Below are positions 1-9,800 of a stretch of 64,000 nucleotides of DNA, piece by piece. How positions within the stretch are numbered: the first letter of the stretch is position 1; every line of letters starts with the position of its first letter. This stretch comes from an uncultured Candidatus Saccharibacteria bacterium (lineage in GTDB: Bacteria > Patescibacteriota > Minisyncoccia > Phycocordibacterales > UBA9973), in NCBI GenBank assembly GCA_964646765.1, contig CAZYIA010000002.1, positions 208,735 through 272,734 on the forward strand. Direction: 5' to 3'. A model generated the notes under the pieces. The model worked only from the letters and a program-made list of their open reading frames with translations, did not search any database and was not told where the DNA came from. A program made the translations under genes and the position numbers.

Positions 1-594
1 ACATTTGCTTCAGGTCTCCGCAGTATTTTACGTCAGGACCCAGACATTATTTTCGTTGGTGAAATTCGTGATAAAGAAACTGCCCAACTTGCTATTCAAG
101 CGGCGCTTACAGGTCACTTAGTGTTCTCAACACTGCACACCAATACAGCTATTGGTGCAATCCCTCGTTTGATTGATATGGGTATTGATCCATACTTGAT
201 TGCTCCAACACTCATTCTTTCTATGGCGCAGCGTTTGGTGCGCATTGCCTGTGAGTCTTCCCGAAAAGAAGTACCTATGGACGAGGCAACGAGCCAAATG
301 CTCGAAAAGCAATTTGCCGATTTGCCGGGAGAACGACGAGCATCACTTGGCATTGGTCAAACCATGTACCAGATAGAACCGTCTCCTGAGTGTCCTTCCG
401 GAACCCGAGGCCGAGTAGCCGTATTTGAGATGTTTAAAGTTGATCGCGAAATTCAACGCCTCATTCTTGAAAAGCCAACAGAAGAAGGTTTGTACACCGA
501 ACTTCGAAAACGAGGCATGCTGACCATGCGTGAGGATGCTCTCTTAAAAGCACTTCGGGGGGAAGTGCCAATGCAGGATGTGTACGCACTCTAA
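1..594 (+). CDS. Type IV pilus assembly ATPase PilB/GspE family, C-terminal part (5' end outside window)
   Basis: Frame-1 ORF runs from the window edge. '...[55 protein letters not shown]' matches the GspE/PilB His-box/C-terminal region. Cys-containing C-terminal stretch. Precedes pilT and pilC. Confidence 0.8.
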   Translation, partial: TFASGLRSILRQDPDIIFVGEIRDKETAQLAIQAALTGHLVFSTLHTNTAIGAIPRLIDMGIDPYLIAPTLILSMAQRLVRIACESSRKEVPMDEATSQMLEKQFADLPGERRASLGIGQTMYQIEPSPECPSGTRGRVAVFEMFKVDREIQRLILEKPTEEGLYTELRKRGMLTMREDALLKALRGEVPMQDVYAL

Positions 595-644
595 ATACTC
601 ACTATTAACCTTGGTCTTACCCATTAATAAGGTATACTAGTTCC

Positions 645-1070
645 ATGGCTGAAGCGACAACGACAGCAAATCCTCCGGCAGCATCAACTACACCTGCACA
701 AGGAAAAAAAATTCTTATCATTGACGATGATAGTTTTTTGCTCGATATGTATGCTCTGAAATTTAAGCAATCTGGTTTTGAGGTTGATACAGCTCTCGGT
801 TCAGTTTCGGCGCTTGAAAAGGCAAGAAATGGTGCGGCCCCAGATATTATGTTACTTGATTTGGTTATGCCTGTTATGGATGGTTTTGAGCTCCTCGAAA
901 AGCTCAAAGAAGAAAATCTGGTAGAAAAAACTATCAAGATTGTGCTCTCAAACCGCGGTGAATCTTCCGATGTGGATCGTGCGCGTGAACTTGGTGCAAA
1001 GGGCTACATTGTGAAAGCAAGTTGTACGCCATCCGAAGTCATTACTAAGGTCCTTGAATATACACGTTAG
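645..1070 (+). CDS. Stand-alone CheY-like response-regulator receiver domain (PilH-like)
   Basis: 'KILIIDDDSFLLDMYALKF...DIMLLDLVMPVMDGFELLEKLK...KGYIVKA' has the acidic pocket and the conserved Lys of REC domains. Embedded in the pilus cluster. Confidence 0.75.
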   Translation: MAEATTTANPPAASTTPAQGKKILIIDDDSFLLDMYALKFKQSGFEVDTALGSVSALEKARNGAAPDIMLLDLVMPVMDGFELLEKLKEENLVEKTIKIVLSNRGESSDVDRARELGAKGYIVKASCTPSEVITKVLEYTR

Positions 1071-1081
1071 CTTATTAACTT

Positions 1082-2140
1082 ATGGAATCAAACAAACTCG
1101 TCAACGATTTAATCACTACGCTCATTCGTGAAGGAGGTTCAGATCTTCACTTAGCGGTCGGTCGTCATCCAGCTATTCGTGTCTCAGGTTCTCTTGTCTT
1201 TTTGGTACATCGCGATGCACTCTCGGCGGAAGTTATGGCTGGTATTTTGCGTACATTTGTTGATGAAACAAAAGTTGCAAAGTTAAATGAAAATCAAGAA
1301 CTTGATTTTGCGTACGATTTTGAAGGCGGAGTTCGTTTGCGTGGTAACGCCTACTTCGAGCGCGGCAACTTAGCTATTGCACTTCGTCTTATTCCGAAAG
1401 TTAAGACGATGGACGAGTTGAAACTTCCAAAAGTACTTGAGACATTTGCCCGTAAGAAGCAAGGCTTTTTCTTAGTAGTAGGTCCGGTAGGGCAGGGAAA
1501 GAGTACAACGCTTTCTTCAATGGTATCGCTCATCAATGAAGAGCGATCAGAACATATTGTAACTATCGAAGATCCGATCGAGTATGTGTATGAAGCAAAG
1601 CACTCTATTATCGATCAACGAGAAGTTGGTATTGATACAAAAGATTTCCCTACGGCTCTTAAGTCAGTATTTCGTGAAGATGTAAACGTAATCATGGTGG
1701 GAGAAATGCGTGATCCAGCAACAATTGCCACCGCCGTGACAGCCGCGGAAACTGGGCACTTAGTGTTCTCAACACTCCATACTAACAATGCTTCGCAAAC
1801 CATCGATCGTATCATTGACGCTTTTCCTCCTGGCCAACAAGATCAAATTCGTGTGCAACTTTCCAACTCTCTTATTGGTATCTTTTCACAGCGTCTCATT
1901 CCTCGGATTACCGGCGGTCTTATTCCGGCCTACGAACTTTTAATCAATAACAATGCAGTATCTAATCTTATCCGAGAAAAGCGCACACACGAAATTGATG
2001 TCGTTATTGAAACTGGTTACGAACAAGGAATGGTGGACATGAACCGTTGTCTTGTTGAGCTGGTTCGTCAGGGAGAAATTTCTATGGACAACGCGTACCT
2101 GTATGCGCTCAATCCTAAGGCCCTCGAGCGTCTTCTCTAG
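1082..2140 (+). CDS. pilT: Twitching-motility ATPase PilT
   Basis: 352 aa. Walker A 'GPVGQGKSTTL'. 'IEDPIEY' Asp box. His box '[20 protein letters not shown]'. Size and motifs are typical of PilT. Confidence 0.85.
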   Translation: MESNKLVNDLITTLIREGGSDLHLAVGRHPAIRVSGSLVFLVHRDALSAEVMAGILRTFVDETKVAKLNENQELDFAYDFEGGVRLRGNAYFERGNLAIALRLIPKVKTMDELKLPKVLETFARKKQGFFLVVGPVGQGKSTTLSSMVSLINEERSEHIVTIEDPIEYVYEAKHSIIDQREVGIDTKDFPTALKSVFREDVNVIMVGEMRDPATIATAVTAAETGHLVFSTLHTNNASQTIDRIIDAFPPGQQDQIRVQLSNSLIGIFSQRLIPRITGGLIPAYELLINNNAVSNLIREKRTHEIDVVIETGYEQGMVDMNRCLVELVRQGEISMDNAYLYALNPKALERLL

Positions 2141-2161
2141 TAGTAATTAAACACAAGAATC

Positions 2162-3367
2162 ATGACGTATAAATATAAAGCAGTTACTTCTACCGGTGAG
2201 GCCCGCGAAGGTATCATCGAAGCTCAGAATAAGGATCTGGCTATTACCGCACTGCAACGTCGAGGATTTATTGTTACCTCAGTTACAGAAGAGGCTCAAA
2301 AAGGGGGAGTGTTTGCCGTTACTGTTTTCTCTGGCGTAAAACTCAAAGACGTTGTATTGATGTCGCGACAAATTGCGACACTCTTCGAAGCCCAAGTGTC
2401 TGCGGTAAAGGCCTTCTCGCTGCTTGGATCAAACGCTGAGAGTCCGGAACTCCGCTCAACTCTTGCAGCTGTTGTGGACGACATTCAAGCAGGTCTTTCG
2501 ATTTCTGGCGCCCTCGGTAAGCACCCAAAAGTATTCTCTGAATTCTATGTAAACATGGTGCGTGCTGGTGAAGAATCAGGAAAATTAAACCAAACCTTCG
2601 TCTACCTCGCTGATTACCTTGAACGTCAGTATGAACTTACTACCAAGACAAAGAATGCCCTCATTTACCCAGCTTTCGTTATTACGGTGTTCTTTGTGGT
2701 GATGATTCTCATGTTCGTCATGGTTATTCCTCAGCTTTCAAAACTCATTACCGAAAGCGGTCAGGATATTCCAGTCTATACTAAAGTGGTGATTGGTATT
2801 TCAAGTTTCTTGGTTCATTATGGTATTTTCCTCTTCATTGCTTTCATCGCCTTTCTTGCCTACATGTGGTGGCTTTCAATGACTGAGAAAGGGAAGGAGT
2901 ATCTCGATCGAGTTAAATTAGGAATGCCATTGTTTGGTAACCTATTCACAAAACTCTACTTGTCTCGTATTGCTGATAACCTTGATACGATGATTTCTTC
3001 TGGTATTCCTATCGTTCGAGCAATCGAAATTACAGGTACAGTTACCGGTAGCCGCGTCTACGGAATGCTGCTTGAGGACTCAGCAAACCGAGTGAAGAGC
3101 GGTAGTGCTCTCTCTGATGCTCTCGGCGCTCACGAAGAAATTCCACAAATTATGGTACAGATGGTAAAAGTGGGGGAAGAAACTGGTGGACTCTCAACTA
3201 TTTTGAAAACAGTTGCTCGTTTCTATAAGCGAGAAGTAGATGATGCCGTTGATAATCTTGTTGGTATGATTGAACCAGTGATGATCGTGGTGCTTGGTGC
3301 TGGTGTCGCTATTCTCCTCGCTTCTATTTTGGTTCCGATCTACAACATTGCCTCTGGTATTGCGTAA
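2162..3367 (+). CDS. pilC: Type IV pilus platform protein PilC (GspF family)
   Basis: 401 aa with two GspF-like repeats, 3 TM segments and 'GEESG' motifs. Immediately downstream of pilT. Confidence 0.85.
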   Translation: MTYKYKAVTSTGEAREGIIEAQNKDLAITALQRRGFIVTSVTEEAQKGGVFAVTVFSGVKLKDVVLMSRQIATLFEAQVSAVKAFSLLGSNAESPELRSTLAAVVDDIQAGLSISGALGKHPKVFSEFYVNMVRAGEESGKLNQTFVYLADYLERQYELTTKTKNALIYPAFVITVFFVVMILMFVMVIPQLSKLITESGQDIPVYTKVVIGISSFLVHYGIFLFIAFIAFLAYMWWLSMTEKGKEYLDRVKLGMPLFGNLFTKLYLSRIADNLDTMISSGIPIVRAIEITGTVTGSRVYGMLLEDSANRVKSGSALSDALGAHEEIPQIMVQMVKVGEETGGLSTILKTVARFYKREVDDAVDNLVGMIEPVMIVVLGAGVAILLASILVPIYNIASGIA

Positions 3368-3392
3368 AAAAGGTATCTATTGACGACATAGA

Positions 3393-3423
3393 AAACGCGC
3401 GGTGAAATCATCGCGCGTTTTCC
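3393..3423 (+). terminator. Rho-independent terminator after pilC
   Basis: GC-rich hairpin 'aacgcgcggtgaaatcatcgcgcgtt' followed by a T-run. Confidence 0.5.
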
Positions 3424-3439
3424 ACACCCTGTATTTACA

Positions 3440-3563
3440 CGGTAATTTCAGAAAAAGGGTATAATTTCTCCATGTTCCGCTCCGTGTTGGAGCACGGAGC
3501 AATTAGTAGGTCGTGTTTCTTCCCATTATTAGTAACTTGGAAGAAACATAGTTTTTAGAAAAT
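3440..3563 (+). promoter_or_regulatory. Pilin promoter and structured 5' leader
   Basis: 'tttaca'...'gggtataat' -35/-10-like elements. The leader has two perfect hairpins ('gctccgtgttggagcacggagc' and 'gtttcttcc...ggaagaaac') ahead of the pilin ATG. Confidence 0.35.
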
Positions 3564-3920
3564 ATGTCGAACAACAAAGGTTTTACGCTCATCGAACTCC
3601 TCGTCGTTATCGCAATTATCGGAATCCTCTCAGCAGTTGTGCTCACTTCCCTCAACAGTGCACGTACAAAGGCTAAGACTGCTGCTTTCAAGTCTGAAGT
3701 AACTAGTATCCTCCCAAGTCTTATCACAGCTTGTGATACTGATGGTGCTACTCTTACAACTGCAGCTGCACAGACTGGTAGTACTCACGGTGCAGGAACA
3801 AGTGTTTCAAACACTTGTGGTACTACAGACACTTTCAGCGTTACCTACACGGCAACGAACGGTGCTGACTCTGCTGCTGACGTTGCAGTTTGTACCGAAT
3901 CTGGCTGTACATTCAGCTAA
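3564..3920 (+). CDS. Type IV (major) pilin with prepilin-type N-terminal methylation motif
   Basis: 'MSNNKG|FTLIELLVVIAIIGIL' is a class III signal (cleavage after Gly, Glu at +5). 118 aa with a C-terminal Cys pair. Own promoter and terminator. Confidence 0.8.
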   Translation: MSNNKGFTLIELLVVIAIIGILSAVVLTSLNSARTKAKTAAFKSEVTSILPSLITACDTDGATLTTAAAQTGSTHGAGTSVSNTCGTTDTFSVTYTATNGADSAADVAVCTESGCTFS

Positions 3921-3939
3921 ACCAAAACACTGGTTAACA

Positions 3940-3967
3940 AAAACCCCCTCTGGGGGTTTTTGTTTTT
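3940..3967 (+). terminator. Rho-independent terminator after the pilin gene
   Basis: 'aaaaccccctctgggggtttttgttttt'. Confidence 0.55.
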
Positions 3968-3994
3968 GCACCAAGAACTCTAGTAGGAGGGGAA

Positions 3995-4822
3995 TTGCTC
4001 TGGTATACTTTCTGCATGGAGCTTCTGCTCGGACTAATCATTTTTTTCTTTGGCACAATCATTGGCAGTTTCTTAAACGTTGTTGCGTATCGGTTCAATA
4101 CCGGCAAAACATTGGGGGGGCGTTCTATGTGTTTTTCCTGCGGGAAGACACTCCACTGGCATGAGCTTGTGCCGATTGCTTCATACTTAAATCAACGTGG
4201 TCGTTGTCTGGGTTGTAAAAGTCGCATCTCAGCTCAGTATCCAATTGTCGAAGCTATAACCGGTTTTTTATTTGTTCTTCTCTATATTCATTTTTCATAC
4301 CTTCTTCCAACTAACATCCTTCTCTTTGGTATTCATTTTATTTACGCAGCAATTCTGTGGTCAATTGCTCTTGTCATTGCGGTATACGATATTCGACACA
4401 CGATTATTCCTGAGCGACTTGTCTGGCTTCTAGCGGTACTTTCATTCATAAGTATTTTTGTATTTCTTGGCGACGGACTTGTGTTGCATATACCAGCAGT
4501 GCTCGACATTTTCTCTGGCGTAATTTTAGCGTTACCATTTGCTCTCCTCTGGTATTTTTCTGACGGTAAACTCATGGGGCTAGGGGACGCCAAACTAACA
4601 CTGGCTCTTGCGTACATAGTTCCGTCTCTTACCTACGGATTATCATCTCTGATGATTTCTTTCTGGGTCGGGGCAGTAGTGTCACTCTTCTTGCTCGCTC
4701 TCCGAAAGACACGTTACTCTCTCAAGAGTGAAATTCCATTTGGACCGTTTCTTATGATCGGATTTCTTATTGTATTTTTAACCGGGGTAACTATTGTCGA
4801 CCTCATGACACTTTTTTCATAA
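3995..4822 (+). CDS. pilD: Prepilin peptidase PilD (A24 family)
   Basis: Zn-binding 'CFSCGKTLHWHELVPIASYLNQRGRCLGCKS'. Multi-TM. 'GLGDAKL' catalytic Asp region. Likely TTG start at 3995 with AGGAGG 5 nt upstream. ATG at 4016 is an alternative start. Confidence 0.8.
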   Translation: MLWYTFCMELLLGLIIFFFGTIIGSFLNVVAYRFNTGKTLGGRSMCFSCGKTLHWHELVPIASYLNQRGRCLGCKSRISAQYPIVEAITGFLFVLLYIHFSYLLPTNILLFGIHFIYAAILWSIALVIAVYDIRHTIIPERLVWLLAVLSFISIFVFLGDGLVLHIPAVLDIFSGVILALPFALLWYFSDGKLMGLGDAKLTLALAYIVPSLTYGLSSLMISFWVGAVVSLFLLALRKTRYSLKSEIPFGPFLMIGFLIVFLTGVTIVDLMTLFS

Positions 4823-4825
4823 TCT

Positions 4826-5662
4826 ATGAAATTATTTACACGCCGCGTCTCTCGTACTGTATATCAAGGATTAACTTCACTTGAGCTTATTGTTGTTCTC
4901 GCGATCTTCGGTATTCTTTCTGGTATCACCATGTTTAATTACGGGTCATTTTCTGCTGGAGTGAACCTTCAAAACACCACCCAACAAGTGGCTCTTCGTA
5001 TTCAGCAAGCACAAACAGAAGCTATTTCTGGTCGCTATCCTCATTTTGCTGATTCACAGCAATCAATTTATCCAGGATGGAAACCAGCCTTTGGTACCTA
5101 TTTTGCTACGGCCTACCCAACAACCTTCGCCTACTTTTTTGATCAGAATGGTGAGAACGCAGGAGGTTTTTCACGCGATGGCATTATGAGTGGTGATCCA
5201 CCACTTTCCAACGATCCAAGTAGTGTTCTTGCCGGAACCGAAACCTGCGGCACTCAGAATAAAGAATGTCTCGATGTTATTTCTATTAAGAGTGGGGAAC
5301 ACATTGTTGGTATTTGTAATGACGATATTACTGCGCAAAATAGTTGTCACGATAATGTTTCCATTTCATTTCAGCGCCCATTTCCACCGGCTAAAATTAT
5401 TGTAGAACCTCACGCTGATGGCACATACGACAGCTCAATCCAACCAGTAGAACGAGTGACTATTCTTATTCTTGGTAAAAATTCCCAAGGGCTTCGTGGT
5501 GTTGTGGTAACTCGCTTAGGCCAAATTTATACTCGAACTCTTACTGCCCAGGATGCTTCCACTATTCATCTCACACAAACTACTCTAGGGTTGAGTGGAA
5601 TTGATTTTTCATTTTTTAATCAACAGCCACAGGGAGGTGGCTGCCAGGGTATTCAATGTTAA
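4826..5662 (+). CDS. Pilin-like protein (minor pilin) with prepilin N-terminus
   Basis: '...G|LTSLELIVVLAIFGILSGI' hydrophobic N-terminal helix with Glu at +5. 278 aa. Confidence 0.6.
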   Translation: MKLFTRRVSRTVYQGLTSLELIVVLAIFGILSGITMFNYGSFSAGVNLQNTTQQVALRIQQAQTEAISGRYPHFADSQQSIYPGWKPAFGTYFATAYPTTFAYFFDQNGENAGGFSRDGIMSGDPPLSNDPSSVLAGTETCGTQNKECLDVISIKSGEHIVGICNDDITAQNSCHDNVSISFQRPFPPAKIIVEPHADGTYDSSIQPVERVTILILGKNSQGLRGVVVTRLGQIYTRTLTAQDASTIHLTQTTLGLSGIDFSFFNQQPQGGGCQGIQC

Positions 5663-6297
5663 AGTATAAGGAGAATATAGTAGGTATGTATCGAGCTTGT
5701 CATAATCAAAAAAAGCACACGAGAGGATTTACTCTCATCGAAATGCTTCTTGCAACAGGGATTTTTGTCGTTGTGGTAACTGTTGGTGTTGGTGCTGTGT
5801 TGAGTGTCGCTCGTGCCCATCGTGCAACCGCTGAAATTCGCCAAGCCGTTGATACGCTCTACTTTGTGATGGAAGATATCACTCGAAATGCTCGCTTAGG
5901 AACAGTCTTTCGTACTGACCCAAACTCAACGACGGCTCAAGAATTTCCTTTGGTGAGCACCGATGGTGTTTCTGGTAGTCTTTCACTCGTCTTTACTAAC
6001 TACTTAGCACCTCGAACAGACACTCTCTACCCGAACGATCCTAACTACTTGTATGAATATGATATTGAGCAGGGGCAGGATCAGATTGGTCGGATTGTTA
6101 AGAAAACCGCTGAGTATCCGTTAGGAATTAGAATGACTCCAGCAACCGTAGATATTGATCTTACTCGATCAGGATTTTCAGTTGCCAATTCGCTCGGGTA
6201 TCCACTAATTACACTTCGACTTTATGGAAATCTAAAATACCAGTCAACAACTATTCCTTTTAATATTCAAACGAGTATTTCTCCACGTACACGATAA
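5656..6297 (+). CDS. Minor pilin (prepilin-type N-terminal cleavage/methylation domain)
   Basis: 'HTRG|FTLIEMLLATGIFVVVV'. Long leader. Alternative start at 5686. Confidence 0.65.
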   Translation: MLKYKENIVGMYRACHNQKKHTRGFTLIEMLLATGIFVVVVTVGVGAVLSVARAHRATAEIRQAVDTLYFVMEDITRNARLGTVFRTDPNSTTAQEFPLVSTDGVSGSLSLVFTNYLAPRTDTLYPNDPNYLYEYDIEQGQDQIGRIVKKTAEYPLGIRMTPATVDIDLTRSGFSVANSLGYPLITLRLYGNLKYQSTTIPFNIQTSISPRTR

Positions 6298-6301
6298 CTA
6301 T

Positions 6302-6862
6302 ATGAATACACACTACACAAATACACAAAGAGGATTTACGCTTGTCGAGACGCTTGTTGCAATATTTATTTTTGCTTCGTCTATCGTGGTGATGCTTACG
6401 GTTACCTCTGGTGGAATTTCTGAAGTATCTGTTCTCCGTAATAAAATTACTGCGAGCTATCTTGCGCAAGAGGGAATTGAACTTGTGCGCAATAGTCGTG
6501 ATCGTAATATTTTAAACGAGCAGAACGCTTCGCTCGGGTGGCAACAATTTATAGCAGAAACTGGTGCGTGTCAAAGTAATGTTGGTTGTAACTTTAGTTT
6601 GTTGCCAGGCCCAACCCCTTCTATTCTTGCGTGTGGTACTTCCCCAAATGATCCGTGTCAAATTGCAGCAGGGATTTCTTCTAATGTGTATGTTCCCGAA
6701 ACACTGAACAGTTTGCAGCTTAATCCAACGATCTTTCATCGGAAAATTACTATAACGCCTACAGCTACCAGTGAGGAAGCTCAGGCAACCGTAGTGGTAA
6801 CTTGGCAGCAAGGTCTTAGTACACAAAGTATTACTCTTGAAGAGTATCTTTATAGTTGGTAA
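6302..6862 (+). CDS. Minor pilin (prepilin-type N-terminal cleavage/methylation domain)
   Basis: 'TQRG|FTLVETLVAIFIFASSIVV'. Confidence 0.65.
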   Translation: MNTHYTNTQRGFTLVETLVAIFIFASSIVVMLTVTSGGISEVSVLRNKITASYLAQEGIELVRNSRDRNILNEQNASLGWQQFIAETGACQSNVGCNFSLLPGPTPSILACGTSPNDPCQIAAGISSNVYVPETLNSLQLNPTIFHRKITITPTATSEEAQATVVVTWQQGLSTQSITLEEYLYSW

Positions 6863-6873
6863 TCATTTTTTAT

Positions 6874-9800
6874 ATGAGAAATTTTTTTTCCTCGAAGCAT
6901 CGATCAGAACGCGGATACGTTATTCTCTTCACTGTTCTTATCTGTAGCATCATCTTAGCGATGGCCCTTGGTATTGCGAATGTTGCCTATCGAGAAGATA
7001 CATTCACGATTGATGCACGAGATTCTCACTACGCACTTTTTGCCGCGGACTCAGCCGCAGAATGTGCTCTACATTACCTCTTATTGCCAACAGGAAGTCC
7101 GTTTGTTGATTCAATCACCGGAGATTGGGTTGATCCAGTTACCATTACTTGTGGAGAAGAAAATGGTGCTCCAATTTCTCTTCGTGCAACAAACCAGGGA
7201 AGTCCAACAAGCCCAGATTATATTTTTGATGTAAACGCGGACACACTTAATCCCGCCGGAGTTGTATTACCAAAAGGTTGTGGTATTCCTCGGGTAGTTG
7301 AAGTAAGTGAAAATAACCAAAACTATATTAAGGTACAAGGAATTGGTTATAACTTTGATTGCACAACCTTCTTTGGTTTTGGCACGAATTTGCCGGCGAA
7401 ACTCGTACAGCGTGCCATTGAATATAATTTCTCTCTTGATGCTAATCAAAATTCCGGTAACCCAATTTCAGGTTCTGGTGTATTAAATATTTCAGGTTTT
7501 GATCCTGGAGCTTTGACTGGAACTATTTCGAGCACTACTCAAAATAGCGGGGGAGGCGTTCTCGGTAACAGCCAAGGTGGCACATTATGGACTACACTTA
7601 CTAACTTCTTCGCTAATCTGTTTGGGATTAACACCAACGGTGCTAATGGGGGTGGAACGATTAATTCGGGAAACTATCAAGGACAACTTCAGACCGCCAA
7701 CCAAACAAATCTAAATCTTCTTCAAAACCCAGTAGGGAATAATGGTTCAACAAACTTTCAATCTAATAGTGCTCCTGATGCTCGCATGACCGGAACTCAG
7801 TCTCCAGACTATGCCCCTGTCTATGGAACGACCGGTACTACAACATATCAAAAAACACTTACGACGGATGCGAATGGCAATTTGTATGTTCCGGACGATT
7901 CACTTTCTCGTCTTAGCACTGGGCTTAGGGTAAATACTGCAGCTGATACTGCAGCTAGTCTAAAAACGCAGGATCTTTCTACTGATTGGTTCAATCGTTT
8001 TTTTGGTGCTGATCCTGAGGCTGATGTTCTCTTAAAGCAGGCGCAGCTCGCTCAACAGGCTCGGCAAGCCCCTGTTTCAGTATATGATTCTTCGGTGTTA
8101 CAGATTAAAGCTCTTCCTGATGGCGTAGAGAAGAGTGTTGCTATCGCAAATACTGTGCTCTCTCGTTACGCAGACCTTTCTGGAGATACCTCAATTCTAA
8201 AAACAGTAGATCCTAAATCGCTCGTCGAAATTGCTCAAAAAATGTCATTCGATGGTGCTGCCGCTGACCCAAGTAAAGTGGCAGAACTCTTTAAACAGTA
8301 TGATGCAGCGAATGGAACTTCGGTTGCTAGTACTATTAACTCAGAACTGCTTGCTAAAATTGTTACTGAGTTTGCTTCAATTTCAGAAACACAACCAGTA
8401 CAAACTTCTGTCTCAGTTCCGATACTTCGCCGAGTTGTTGATTTCTTCCTAAATCTTTTTGGCCAGGCTCAACAACAAGCCGCAGTTTCGCGGTTGGCGA
8501 GTACACAAGATGATATGCTCGCGGCAAAGAGTGCTTTGGCGGCATATGGTGACGCCACTAAAGATTGGACCACTGTTTCAGTTATTAATCCTGAAATTCT
8601 CTCATCAATACTTTCGCAGTATTCGACTGACGGAGTTATTACTGAAGAGATTACTTCAGATATCGTGAAAAAGTATGCAGCTGCGGTTAATGATCCAGCT
8701 ATGGTCGCTACGGTTGATCTAAAAGCGTTGACTACGGCGCTCAATGAAGCTCGTCTCGATTCACGAATTATGCCGGCAACGGCAACAACTGTTTCTATTA
8801 CTGAAGATGGTGTGACACGAGCATTGATGAAGTTGGAAGATCCTACCAATCCTATTCAAGTTCCGTTATTTACCAAGCTCGCCAATACTATTCTTCCTGA
8901 TGGTCCGGTGACACCAGATATTGCTAAAGTCTTTCTTGATAAATACGCTGAAGCTACTGGTGATACCAAGGCTATAAGCACTATCGACACCGTAACGCTT
9001 GCTGGTGTTTTAAATGATCTCAGAGCTAATGCCGTAGCAACACCGGCAGCTTCTACTGTTCTTCCTGTAAAAGTCTCATTACTCTCTCGCATGAGTGCTT
9101 ACCTTAGCCAGCTTTTGGGGGTACGACAGAAACAAGCCGTCTTGGTTACCTATGAAGCAAAACCAGCGACTGCTGTTCCACCAGTAGATATGGTGAGCTT
9201 TGGAGATAAAGTATACTCAATTGCGATTTCAATGGGGGTAAAAGATTCTGATGCCCAAGTTGCTCAAGATGATATTGTGAAGAACGGTTTCCTTACTTCA
9301 ATGAGTAAAGACGTTATTGATACGAACTATGGAGATACTCTTTGGAATGCTTTCTACGCAAAAGTAAAAGAAACATATACTACGTTACAGGCTGAATCAG
9401 CCGCAACCGCCAGTCGCGTACTTCAGGTTGCTTCTACACCAATTTCAGGCTATCAAGAGGCTATTCTAAAAGTAAAATCCATGCCGGATGGAACTGAAAA
9501 AGATATTGCTATCGCTAATACTATCCTTTCTCAATATTCTTCACTCTCCGGAGACGCTTCAATTTCCCAGACGGTAGATCCTAAATCACTCATTGAAATT
9601 GCTCAAAAAATGTCATTCGATGGTGCTGCTGCTGACCCAAGTACGGTAGGGGAACTCTTTAAACAGTATGATGCAGCGAATGGAACTTCGGTTGCTAGTC
9701 AGGTTAACAATGATTTATTTGCAAAGGTTGTTAGCGAATTCGCCTCTGTCTCAAAAGCTGAGAATACCCCTGCTCCAATCCCAGTTCCAATCACGCGCCA

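Noticed and set aside
3733-4164. 143-aa ORF overlapping the pilin 3' end, terminator and PilD start
   Set aside because: Out-of-frame overlap with two well-supported genes and a terminator. Leu/Val-rich translation is typical of the wrong frame. No motif.
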